NCBI GenBank assembly: GCA_963748625.1
Contig: CAVVJT010000010.1
Span: 32,001-96,000 of the forward strand
From: an uncultured Chloroflexia bacterium
GTDB taxonomy: Bacteria; Chloroflexota; Limnocylindria; Limnocylindrales; CSP1-4
Length of the DNA: 64,000 nucleotides
Direction of reading: 5' to 3'
Within the stretch, counting starts at the first letter, position 1; every line of letters begins with the position of its first letter. Positions 51,440-60,307 of this stretch are shown piece after piece. The position numbers were made by a program, and so were the translations under genes. Under the pieces are notes generated by a model, which worked only from the letters and a program-made list of their open reading frames with translations, did no database searches and was not told the DNA's origin.

Positions 51440-52828
51440 ATGGAACAACACCGGGTACTGATCATCGGCGGCGGCTTCGGCGGGCTCAATGCCGCCCGGG
51501 AGCTGGGCAAGGATCCGCGCTTCGCCGTGACCCTTGTGGACCGGCGCAACTTCCACACGTTCCAGCCGCTGCTGTACCAGGTCGCCACCGGCGCCATCTC
51601 GCCCGGGGACATCGCGCAGCCGCTGCGGTCGATCCTGCGCAAGCGCCGCAACGTGACCGTGCTGCTGGGCGAGGCCACCGGGATCGACATCGAGCGGCGC
51701 GAGGTCGTCCTGGGCGACGGTGGTCCGTTGCCGTATGACACGCTCATCGTCGCCACGGGCGCCCGCCACTCCTACTTCGGCCGGGAGGACTGGGCGGCGA
51801 ACGCACCGGGCCTCAAGTCGATCGACGACGCGCTCGAGATCCGGCGTCGCATCCTGATCGCCTTCGAGGCGGCCGAGCGCGAGCAGAACCCCGTCCGGCG
51901 CGGCGAGTGGATGACGTTCGTGATCATCGGCGGCGGTCCCACCGGCGTGGAGCTGGCGGGCTCGCTGGGTGAGATCGCGAAGGACACCCTCAAGCGTGAC
52001 TTCCGCTCGATCCACTCGCCCGATGCGCGCATCGTGCTTGTCGAGGCGCTGGACCGGATCCTGCCGCCCTACCCGGCCGACCGGTCGGCATCGGCCAAAC
52101 AGCAGCTCGAGAAGCTGGGGGTCGAGGTCCGCACAAAGACCCGCGTGATCGCGATGGACGAGCACACCGTCACCGTCCAGACAGAGACCGGCGAGGAGGT
52201 CATCCGTGCGCGGACCCGCCTCTGGGCGGCTGGCGTGCAGGCCTCCACGTTCGTGAAGACCGTTGCCTCCGCCACCGGCGCCGAGACGGACCGGGCCGGG
52301 CGGATCATCGTCAACCCGGACCTGACGGTTCCGGGGCACCCGGAGATCCTCGCGCTCGGCGACGCGGCCGTGCAGCCGTGGAAGGACGGTGCCTTCGTCC
52401 CTGGCGTGGCCCAAGGCGCCATCCAGGCCGGCAAGCACGCTGGGAGGATGATCCGCGGCCGCCTCGACGGCAAGCCGTCCACGCCGTATCGCTACCTCGA
52501 CAAGGGCGACGTGGCGGTGATCGGGCGCCTTCGCGGCGTGACCAACATCCGCTGGATGGGCAGGCTGGGCCGCCAGGGCGGCGTCGTCGCGTGGGCGATG
52601 TGGCTGGTGATCCACATCTTCTACCTGATCGGTTTCGCGAACCGGATCGTGGTCCTGGTCCGCTGGGCCTGGTCGTTCTTCACCAGCGGCCGCGGCACCC
52701 GCCTGATCACCGGCTCGCCGCTGCTGCCCCCGATCGAGGACCCCGCGCCGCCCGCCTGGTCGGCCAGGCCGAATGTGCCCCCCGGCGCAACGGTCAAGGC
52801 GCCTGCCGTGGACCCGGACCACCGGTAG
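51440..52828 (+). CDS. ndh: Type II NADH dehydrogenase-like FAD oxidoreductase
   Basis: IIGGGFGG, FQPLLYQVATG, GGGPTGVELAG, WAAGV, AQGAIQAG, C-terminal amphipathic WxxWLxIH. Confidence 0.9.
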   Translation: MEQHRVLIIGGGFGGLNAARELGKDPRFAVTLVDRRNFHTFQPLLYQVATGAISPGDIAQPLRSILRKRRNVTVLLGEATGIDIERREVVLGDGGPLPYDTLIVATGARHSYFGREDWAANAPGLKSIDDALEIRRRILIAFEAAEREQNPVRRGEWMTFVIIGGGPTGVELAGSLGEIAKDTLKRDFRSIHSPDARIVLVEALDRILPPYPADRSASAKQQLEKLGVEVRTKTRVIAMDEHTVTVQTETGEEVIRARTRLWAAGVQASTFVKTVASATGAETDRAGRIIVNPDLTVPGHPEILALGDAAVQPWKDGAFVPGVAQGAIQAGKHAGRMIRGRLDGKPSTPYRYLDKGDVAVIGRLRGVTNIRWMGRLGRQGGVVAWAMWLVIHIFYLIGFANRIVVLVRWAWSFFTSGRGTRLITGSPLLPPIEDPAPPAWSARPNVPPGATVKAPAVDPDHR

Positions 52829-52904
52829 CCGCACGGGAGTGGCGAGCGTCGGGCGGGCGACGCCGGACCGGCGCGGATTCGGCAGGCGGGCTACGCTCGC
52901 ACCG

Positions 52905-53283
52905 ATGGACGACATCGACGACGCGACCTTCGAGGACTGGGTCTTCGAGGCGATCGACATGCTGCCCGAGCAGTTCCGGAGCCGCCTCGGATCGGTCGCG
53001 ATCGTCATCGAGGAGCGGCCCAGCCAGGCGGAGCTCGAGCGCCTCGGGGTCCACGGGCTGTACGGCCTGTACCAGGGCGTCCCCCGCTCCATGCTCGGCG
53101 CGGACCACAGCCTGACCCCCTCGAAGATCACGATCTACCGGCAGGCGTGCATGGCCTACGGGCGGACGCCCGAGGGAACCCGCGACTCGCGTGATCGACA
53201 CCGTCCACCACGAGATCGCCCACCACTTCGGCATCAGCGACGCCCGCTTGCGCGAGCTGGCCGCCGAAGGCCACGGGCACTGA
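52905..53283 (+). pseudogene. Zincin-like (DUF1025) metallopeptidase with a +1 frameshift near 53181-53190
   Basis: Frame 0: EAIDMLPEQF..GLYQGVP..KITIYR; the HExxH part (VIDTVHHEIAHHFGISDARLREL..*) is in the +1 frame from 53191 to TGA 53281-53283. Confidence 0.85.
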
Positions 53284-53303
53284 GCGCCGGGCGCGCGGCA
53301 AGG

Positions 53304-54017
53304 ATGGACGCACGGATCCTGCTGGTGGAGGACGATCCGTCCATCCGCGAGGTGACCGCGCTGGGCCTGCAGGCCGCCGGGTTCACGGTGGCCACCGCAG
53401 CCGACGGGATGGCGGCGCTCGAGGCGTGGCGCGCCGCGCCGCCGGACCTCGTCCTGCTCGACGTCATGCTCCCCCGCCTCGACGGCCTGGAGGTGTGCCG
53501 GGCGATCCGCCGTGACTCCACCGTCCCGATCGTGATGCTCACCGCGCGCGCCGACACGATCGACGTGGTCGTGGGTCTCGAGTCGGGCGCCGACGACTAC
53601 CTGCGCAAGCCGTTCGAGATGCCCGAGCTGGTGGCCCGGATCCGGGCCGCGCTGCGGCGGCACGACCCCGAGGTGGTGGCAGCGCGCGGCGGGCCGGGCC
53701 ACCCGATGGCGGGCGTCCTGCGCCTCGGGCCGCTCACGATCGACGAGGCCGGGCGCACCGTCGAACGCGACGGGGCTGACATCCCGCTCACGAGGACCGA
53801 GTTCGACCTGCTCGTCGAGCTCGCCCGCCACGCCGGCCAGGTGTTGGACCGCGACCAGCTCCTGGACAGGGTGTGGGGCTATGACTACCTGGGCGACTCC
53901 CGCCTCGTAGACGTCGCCATCGGGCGGCTCCGGGCCCGCGTCGAGGTCGATCCGGCCGAACCGAAGTGGATCCTCACCGTCCGCGGCGCCGGCTACAAGG
54001 CCGCGCGGCCGGGCTGA
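53304..54017 (+). CDS. OmpR-family response regulator (MtrA/CseB-like)
   Basis: ILLVEDD, LDVMLP, LTARADTIDVVVGLESGADDY, VWGYDYLGDSRLVDV, TVRGAGYK. Confidence 0.93.
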   Translation: MDARILLVEDDPSIREVTALGLQAAGFTVATAADGMAALEAWRAAPPDLVLLDVMLPRLDGLEVCRAIRRDSTVPIVMLTARADTIDVVVGLESGADDYLRKPFEMPELVARIRAALRRHDPEVVAARGGPGHPMAGVLRLGPLTIDEAGRTVERDGADIPLTRTEFDLLVELARHAGQVLDRDQLLDRVWGYDYLGDSRLVDVAIGRLRARVEVDPAEPKWILTVRGAGYKAARPG

Positions 54018-54026
54018 CGGGCGCCC

Positions 54027-55490
54027 ATGTTCGGAGTCCGGAGCCGGCTCGCCATCACGCTCGTGGCGCTCGTGGCGCTGACGGCCGGGATCATCGGCGT
54101 GGGAGCGTACCTCTTCGTGGAGACCTCGCTCCGGGCCGGCCTCATCGACGACGCGCGCCAGCAGGCCGACTTCAACCTCTCCGTCCTGCTGCCGGGCGCC
54201 GACCCGGCCCCATCGGACGCCCGCGACTTCGTCGCCAGTGGCCTCCCCGACGCCATGGGCCTGCGGGGTGACGCCCGGACCATCGCGGACTTCGGTGACG
54301 GCGTGCCGTACGAGCCGCAGGGCCTCGAGGGCGCCCTCGGGCAGATCGATGCCGACCTGCGGGCCGTGGTCGCCGGCGGCCGTCTCGGCTACGCCTGGCA
54401 GACGCTCGACGACCAGCCTGTCCTGGTCGTCGGCGGACGGCAGGGTGGCTACCCGGAGCTGTACTTCATCCACCCGGCGGCCACGCTGGAGGCCGCGCTT
54501 GCACAACTGCGGATCGCGCTCCTCGCCGGGTCTGCCGTGGCCATCGCGCTTGCGCTGATCGCCGCCGGCTTCATCGCCCGCGGGATCCTGCGGCCCGTCG
54601 CCGACGCCGGCCGCACCGCCCGCCGGATCGCCGGAGGCGACCTCTCGGCGCGCGTCCCTGTCCGCGGCCGCGACGAGTTGGGCCGCCTCGCCGTGGAGCT
54701 CAACCGGATGGCCGAGTCCCTCGAGTCCACCGTCGTGCGCCTCGAGGCCTCCCAGCAGCAGAACCGCGTGTTCGTCGCAGACGTCGCGCACGAGCTGCGG
54801 ACCCCGCTCACCGCCCTCACCGCCGAGGCGTCGCTCATCGAGTCACAGGCGGACGCCATGCCGCCCGAGGCACGCCGTGCCGCGCAGCTCCTGGCCGGCG
54901 ACGTCCGCCGGCTGCGGACGCTCGTGGACGACCTCCTGGAGATCTCCCGATTCGACGCAGGCGCTGAGGCGGCGGCGATCGGCCCCGTGGATCTGGTCCG
55001 CGTGGTGACCGCCGCGGTGGCTGCCCGCCTCCCGTCCGCCGTGGTGTCGGTCCCGGCGACGCCGCTGGTAGTCACCACCGATCCCCGCCGGCTCGACCGG
55101 ATCGTGGGCAACCTGCTCGACAACGCTCGAACCCACGCACCGGGCACGCCGGTGGAGGTCGCGCTCACGAGCACCCGCGACGGCGCCGTGGTCGTCGTTG
55201 CCGACCGGGGACCCGGCGTCCCGACCGAGGCCCTGGCGCATCTCTTCGAGCGGTTCTACACCGCGGATGCCGCACGAGCACGCGGCAGCGGGGGCCTGGG
55301 GCTCGCGATCGCGGCAGAACACGCGGCACTCATCGGCGGGACACTGCGGGCACGCGGACGGCCCGGCGGCGGACTGGTCTTCACGCTCACGATTCCTGTG
55401 ACCCGATCGTTACCGGAGGGCCATGCTCCCGATACAGGGGCGCTGGATGCTGGCGGCACATCGAACCCGCCAGCGAGGTCCACGTCATGA
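54027..55490 (+). CDS. Sensor histidine kinase (MtrB/CseC-like)
   Basis: Two TMs with extracytoplasmic domain, HAMP, DVAHELRTPL, LLEISRFDAG, NLLDNA, DRGPG, GLGLAI. Confidence 0.93.
   Translation: MFGVRSRLAITLVALVALTAGIIGVGAYLFVETSLRAGLIDDARQQADFNLSVLLPGADPAPSDARDFVASGLPDAMGLRGDARTIADFGDGVPYEPQGLEGALGQIDADLRAVVAGGRLGYAWQTLDDQPVLVVGGRQGGYPELYFIHPAATLEAALAQLRIALLAGSAVAIALALIAAGFIARGILRPVADAGRTARRIAGGDLSARVPVRGRDELGRLAVELNRMAESLESTVVRLEASQQQNRVFVADVAHELRTPLTALTAEASLIESQADAMPPEARRAAQLLAGDVRRLRTLVDDLLEISRFDAGAEAAAIGPVDLVRVVTAAVAARLPSAVVSVPATPLVVTTDPRRLDRIVGNLLDNARTHAPGTPVEVALTSTRDGAVVVVADRGPGVPTEALAHLFERFYTADAARARGSGGLGLAIAAEHAALIGGTLRARGRPGGGLVFTLTIPVTRSLPEGHAPDTGALDAGGTSNPPARSTS
55398..55414 (+). 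promoter_or_regulatory. Putative MtrA/GlnR-type box inside the 3' end of the kinase gene
   Basis: GTGAC-ccgatc-GTTAC (GTNAC-N6-GTNAC), ~73 bp upstream of the GerMN gene ATG. Confidence 0.5.
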
Positions 55491-56527
55491 TCCGCACGAC
55501 CTTCACCCGGCTCGGCGCCCTCGCCGTTGCCCTGCTCCTCGCGACCGCGGCCTGCACCCCGACCTCGGGCGCGCTCGGCACGCCATCCACGCCGCTCGCG
55601 AGCGAGATCCCCAGCGACCTCGCCCCCACCGACGTGCTCCCGGCGGCCAGCGCGACGGTCACCCCTTCGCCGACCGTCGGCACCTCCCCGACCGAGGCGC
55701 CGTCACCGTCCGCGGACCCGTCGTCGCCGGCGACACCCGCCGCGAGCCCATCCGCCACCGTCGCCCCGACAACGCCCCCCGCCGCCACGATGGTCGTGCG
55801 CGCCTACCTCGTGCTCGGCAGCTTCGAGGGCAACGAGGGCCTGGTCCCGGTCCTGCGCACCGTTCCAGAGACGAAGGCCGTCGCCAAGGCCGCCATGGAG
55901 GCGCTGCTCGCGGGTCCCGCGGGCGCCGAAGTGAACGCGACCCCCGCCCTCTACACCGCGATCCCCGACGGCACGCAGCTCAACGGCGTCACGATCGACA
56001 ACGGGGTCGCCACCGTGGACCTCTCGCCCGAGTTCGCGTCCGGCGGCGGCACCTACTCCGTCATGGCCCGCCTGGCCCAGGTGGTCTACACCCTTACCCA
56101 GTTCTCCGCCGTGGACAAGGTCCTGTTCGAGCTCGACGGCGAGCCCGTGACCACGTTCAGCAGCGAGGGCGTCATCCTCGATGGGCCGGTCGGCCGCGCG
56201 GACTACCGTGACATGCTGCCCGCGATCTTCGTGGACCGTCCGGCCTGGGGTGCATCCCTGGGCAACCCCGGGCGCGTGAGCGGCCTTGCCAACGTCTTCG
56301 AGGCCACCTTCCGCGTGGAGCTGCTCGACGCGAAGGGCACTGTCCTCGCCGACGAGCAGGTGATGGCCAGCTGTGGCACCGGCTGCTGGGGCACGTTCTC
56401 CGCGAGCCTGGCCTACGACGTGGCCAAGGCGCAGTACGGCACCTTGCGTGTCTTCGACTACTCCGCCAAGGACGGCACACCCGAGAACGTGACCGAGTAC
56501 AGGGTCTGGCTCACGCCCCGGAGTTGA
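55487..56527 (+). CDS. GerMN + Gmad2 (Ig-like) domain lipoprotein
   Basis: TAAC lipobox, Pro/Ser/Thr linker, AMEALLAGP..TAIPDGT..VDLS..RLAQVVYTLTQF (GerMN), SGLANVFEATF..WGTF (Gmad2). Confidence 0.88.
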   Translation: MIRTTFTRLGALAVALLLATAACTPTSGALGTPSTPLASEIPSDLAPTDVLPAASATVTPSPTVGTSPTEAPSPSADPSSPATPAASPSATVAPTTPPAATMVVRAYLVLGSFEGNEGLVPVLRTVPETKAVAKAAMEALLAGPAGAEVNATPALYTAIPDGTQLNGVTIDNGVATVDLSPEFASGGGTYSVMARLAQVVYTLTQFSAVDKVLFELDGEPVTTFSSEGVILDGPVGRADYRDMLPAIFVDRPAWGASLGNPGRVSGLANVFEATFRVELLDAKGTVLADEQVMASCGTGCWGTFSASLAYDVAKAQYGTLRVFDYSAKDGTPENVTEYRVWLTPRS

Positions 56528-56569
56528 CGGCCCACGCGAGCACACGCCGCCGGGTGACGGATGGGCGAG

Positions 56570-56790
56570 CTCCCGCCGCGGCGAACGCGTCGCGGGGCTA
56601 CCGCGCCGCTGGGGCCCATCGCGCTGGCGGCCCCGCCCGCAGGCGGCTCCCAATCCCGCGTCGCGGGACTACCGGCGCACGGCACGCTGGTTCTCCCGCC
56701 TCGCGGGAGACCTGCTCGCCCCGATGCCGCCGCAAGCGACAACCGTCCCCTGCACCTGCGGACCTGTCGCGCCATGCGACAGTTGTCCGG
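56570..56790. repeat. Cluster of short REP-like hairpins between convergent genes
   Basis: cgcgtcgcggg(g/a)ctacc twice ~71 bp apart; hairpins tcccgcgtcgcggga, tctcccgcctcgcgggaga, ctgtcgcgccatgcgacag. Confidence 0.5.
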
Positions 56791-56840
56791 CGGTTCGGGA
56801 ACGTGGGCTGGCAGACCCGGGCCGGGTACCCGGGCTGGGA

Positions 56841-56923
56841 ACCTGGGCAGGCAGGCGCGGGCCGGCAGACCTGGGCGGGCAGGCGCGGGCCGGCAGACCT
56901 GGGCGACAGGCGCTGGCCGGCAG
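56841..56923 (+). repeat. 28-bp tandem repeat x3
   Basis: acctgggc(a/g)ggcaggcgcgggccggcag at 56841 and 56869, degenerate third copy at 56897. Confidence 0.85.
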
Positions 56924-56970
56924 AAGGTGCGGTGCTGGAGCGGGCAACCAGAGCAACCCAGCGGGTCGCC

Positions 56971-57945
56971 CTAGCGGTACGAGGCGACTGCCGCGATCAC
57001 GAGGTCGGCGAACCCGGCCCGGTCGATGTCCAGGGCGACATCCACATTCGGGGTGATCCCCAGCATGGGGCGCCGGTCCACCACGGTCATCCCGCGCGTG
57101 ATGTCGCCGTTGACCTCGACGTCCACGCTGGACGGCTGGGTCGTGACGATGCCCGGCAGCGCGACGTGCGCCACGGCGACCGCATCGTGGATCGGCGTGT
57201 CCGCCACGCCGTAGTGCTCCAGGTGGTACTTGACGAAGAACCGCATCAGGTCCGCGAAGACCCGCCCGACCCGGTTGCCGATGGCGTCGAGCCGCTCGAT
57301 CTCCGGGTAGCCGAAGAGCGCCTTGTGGGTCACGTCCAGGCCGTGCATGGTGATCGGCAGGCCGCTGCGGAACACGATCCGCGCCGCCTCCGGGTCCACC
57401 CAGATGTTGAACTCGGCTGCGGGCGTCCAGTTGCCGTGGACCATGCCGCCGCCCATCAGGCTGATCTGCCCGATCCTCGGGGCGATCCCCGGATAGGTGC
57501 GCAGGAGCCGCGCGATGTTGGTCAGGGGCCCCACCGGGATCAGGGTCACGGGCTCCGGCGACGCGTCGAGGGTGGCGCGCAGGAACTCCAGGGCGCCTTC
57601 GGGGCGCGGCGTGCTCTCGGGCTCCGGCAGATCGGCGCCGTCGAGGCCGCTCACACCGTGCACTGCAGTGGCTGTCTCGAGCGGCCGCACCAGCGGGTCC
57701 GGGGACCCGGCGGCCACCGGCACGTCCGTCCGTCCGAGCAGTGCCAGGATCCGCAGCGCGTTGCGGGTGGTGTTCTCGAGCGTGGCGTTGCCACCGACGG
57801 TGGTGATGCCCAGGACGTCGAGCTCCGGCCGGGCCAGTGCGAGGGTGATGGCGAGGGCGTCATCGTGCCCGGGGTCGCAGTCGATGATGACGGGAATGGG
57901 GGTGTCGGCCGCTGCAACGTCGGCTGCGGTGCCGCCGGTGGTCAT
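56971..57945 (-). CDS. Inosine-uridine-preferring nucleoside hydrolase
   Basis: IIDCDPGHDDA, VHGVSGLDG, GPLTNIA, AEFNIWVDPEAA, GLDVTH, IHDAVAV. Confidence 0.95.
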   Translation of the reverse strand: MTTGGTAADVAAADTPIPVIIDCDPGHDDALAITLALARPELDVLGITTVGGNATLENTTRNALRILALLGRTDVPVAAGSPDPLVRPLETATAVHGVSGLDGADLPEPESTPRPEGALEFLRATLDASPEPVTLIPVGPLTNIARLLRTYPGIAPRIGQISLMGGGMVHGNWTPAAEFNIWVDPEAARIVFRSGLPITMHGLDVTHKALFGYPEIERLDAIGNRVGRVFADLMRFFVKYHLEHYGVADTPIHDAVAVAHVALPGIVTTQPSSVDVEVNGDITRGMTVVDRRPMLGITPNVDVALDIDRAGFADLVIAAVASYR

Positions 57946-58991
57946 GGGAGCCTCGCAAACGCATCGACAAGAAGCCGCTCGAAGCGGGCGCGGTCGATGA
58001 CGATGCCGACATCCGCGTTGGGCATCCGCCTGTCGCGCCGGAGCCGGTACGGCAGGCCGTCGCAGACAGTCCGGCCGCGGGCGGGGCCGTTCGTGATGTC
58101 CACCTCCACGTGGTACGGCGCCACGGCGACGAGCTCCGGGACCATCAGGTGGGCGACCGCCACGGCATCGTGGATTGCGGTGGTCGCGGCGCCGGACCAT
58201 TCGAGGTTGCGGTCCAGGGCGTAGTCGGTGAGCTCCGCGGCGATCGCGCCGGACGCCGTGCCTGTTGCCCTGAGCGCCTGCGCCGCAGCCCGGTCAAGCA
58301 GCGCCTGGTGCGTGACGTCCAGGCCGATCATGGTGATCGGGACGCCCGATCGGAAGACGACATCGGCCGCCTCCGGGTCGGCGACCACGTTGAACTCCGC
58401 TGAGGCGGTGGTGTTCCCCTCCCCGATGGATCCGCCCATCAGGCAGATGTGCGCGATCTTCCCGGTGAGCTGCGGGTACAGCCGCAGCAGCAGCGCGATG
58501 TTGGTGAGCGGCCCGATCGGCGCGATCGCCACCGGCTCGGGCGACGCCGCGAGAAGACGCGCCATGAGCGCGACGGCGCCTTCCGGTAGCGCCCGGTTCG
58601 GCGAGGGCGGAAGGACTGTGTCCCCGATCCCGCTCTCGCCGTGGACCTCGGTTGCCCGCACGACCGACCCGAGCAGGGCGCCGGCCGCACCCTCGGCCAC
58701 AGGGACGTCGTCCCGTCCGTAGGCATGGAGGAGGCGGAGCGCGTTCTCGGTGCAGTGCGTCACGTCCGCGTTGCCGCCCACGGTGGTCACTCCGAGCAGC
58801 CGGATCTCCGGACTGGCGCACGCAAGGCCGATGGCCAGGGCGTCATCAAGGCCGGGGTCGCTGTCGATGATCAGCGGGATCGGCCGGTCCACCGTCCCGT
58901 AGGGTGCCGTGCGCGCGCCGGCGCCGGCCTTGTGGTAGGTGGGGACCGCGTGAACCGGTCCCCAGTCCTCCACGTTGTAGCCCGCGCTCAC
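57942..58991 (-). CDS. Nucleoside hydrolase, second paralog
   Basis: IIDSDPGLDDA, VHGESG, GPLTNIA, AEFNVVADPEAA, IHDAVAV; extended N-terminus. Confidence 0.93.
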   Translation of the reverse strand: MSAGYNVEDWGPVHAVPTYHKAGAGARTAPYGTVDRPIPLIIDSDPGLDDALAIGLACASPEIRLLGVTTVGGNADVTHCTENALRLLHAYGRDDVPVAEGAAGALLGSVVRATEVHGESGIGDTVLPPSPNRALPEGAVALMARLLAASPEPVAIAPIGPLTNIALLLRLYPQLTGKIAHICLMGGSIGEGNTTASAEFNVVADPEAADVVFRSGVPITMIGLDVTHQALLDRAAAQALRATGTASGAIAAELTDYALDRNLEWSGAATTAIHDAVAVAHLMVPELVAVAPYHVEVDITNGPARGRTVCDGLPYRLRRDRRMPNADVGIVIDRARFERLLVDAFARLP

Positions 58992-58993
58992 CC

Positions 58994-60307
58994 CTAGCCC
59001 TGGTCGTACGGCTGGCCGGCGGCGGCGGGACCGCGGACGCGGCCGACGACACCTGCGACCACGATGATCGTGACCACGTACGGGAGGCTGTTGAGCAGCT
59101 GCGGCGGGACGTCCACGCCCAAGGCGGAGAGCAGCGTCTGTGCGTTGTCCGCGAAGGCGAACACCATCGCCGCACCGAATGCGTAGATCGGGTTCCAGGC
59201 GCCGAAGATCACCGCGGCCAGGGCGATGAATCCGCGCCCGGCGGACATCTGCATCTGGAACGATCCGGCGGACGCGAGGCTCAGCGAGGAGCCGGCGACG
59301 CCCGCCATCAGGCCAGCGATCAGGAGCGCCCGGTAGCGGATCTTGACGACATCGATGCCGACCGTGCCCGCTGCGGACGGCTTCTCGCCCGATGCCCGGA
59401 GACGGAGACCCCAGCGCGTCCGGTACAGGTAGTACGCGAACACGATCATGACCGTCACCGCGAGGTACAGGTACGGGGAGCCCGAGAAGAGGATGGGACC
59501 CAGGACCGGGAGCTCCGAGAGGACCGGGATCTTGATCGCCTCGACGGTGGGCGGGGTGTTGAGCTGCGTGTTCCTGGTGAGGATGCGCAGGAAGATGAAG
59601 TTGGTGATGCCGACGGCACCGATGTTGATCACGATGCCGGCGATGATCTGGTCAACCTTCCAGCGGATGCCCAGCCAGGCGAGCAGGAGCGCGACGCCGG
59701 CGCCGGCGATCGCCGCCGCGCCGACGCCGGCGAGGACGCCGATCGTCGGGTTCGCATCCTCGCCCAGGACGAGCATCACGACCGAGGCTGCGACGGACGC
59801 CACGCACGCGCCGATGAGCAGCTTGCCCTCGATCGCGATGTTGTTGATGCCCGACCGCTCCGAGATGATGCCGGCGAAGGCACCGAGCGCGATCGGGGCC
59901 GCAAGGTTCAGCGTGCCGCCGAGGACGCCGGTCATGTTCGCCACCGTGCCGGACAGCAGTGCGGCCAGCGCCGCCACCACCCAGAACGGGACCACGATGA
60001 GCAGCGCACGGCGCCACGGGAACGACGCGCCCCGCGCGAGCTGGACGAGGCCCACGCCGATCGTGACCAGGGCCGTCACGAGCCAGATCAAGCCGACCGT
60101 CGTCTCCAGGGTCAGGGCGTCCCCACCCTGCTTCTGGATCCAGAACTTGAAGGTCGCGGGCACGTCGAACGTGCCGAACGCGGCATAGAGGGCGTAGAAG
60201 CCGAGCAGGGCGATGACCACCCCGCGCAGCCGGGCGTTCCGGAGTGCGCGCTTCTCCCCGGCGGACATCACGTTGACCTGCTCTGCAGTGGGATTGGCGG
60301 CGCTCAT
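58994..60307 (-). CDS. Nucleoside/simple-sugar ABC transporter permease
   Basis: SERSGINNIAIEG, GLRLRASGE, GRGFIALAAVIFG, LPYVVT. Confidence 0.93.
   Translation of the reverse strand: MSAANPTAEQVNVMSAGEKRALRNARLRGVVIALLGFYALYAAFGTFDVPATFKFWIQKQGGDALTLETTVGLIWLVTALVTIGVGLVQLARGASFPWRRALLIVVPFWVVAALAALLSGTVANMTGVLGGTLNLAAPIALGAFAGIISERSGINNIAIEGKLLIGACVASVAASVVMLVLGEDANPTIGVLAGVGAAAIAGAGVALLLAWLGIRWKVDQIIAGIVINIGAVGITNFIFLRILTRNTQLNTPPTVEAIKIPVLSELPVLGPILFSGSPYLYLAVTVMIVFAYYLYRTRWGLRLRASGEKPSAAGTVGIDVVKIRYRALLIAGLMAGVAGSSLSLASAGSFQMQMSAGRGFIALAAVIFGAWNPIYAFGAAMVFAFADNAQTLLSALGVDVPPQLLNSLPYVVTIIVVAGVVGRVRGPAAAGQPYDQG

Noticed and set aside
52773-54017. 414-aa ORF as a genuine novel peptidase-regulator fusion
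   Set aside because: Better explained as a frameshifted zincin plus a separate response regulator with its own ATG at 53304.
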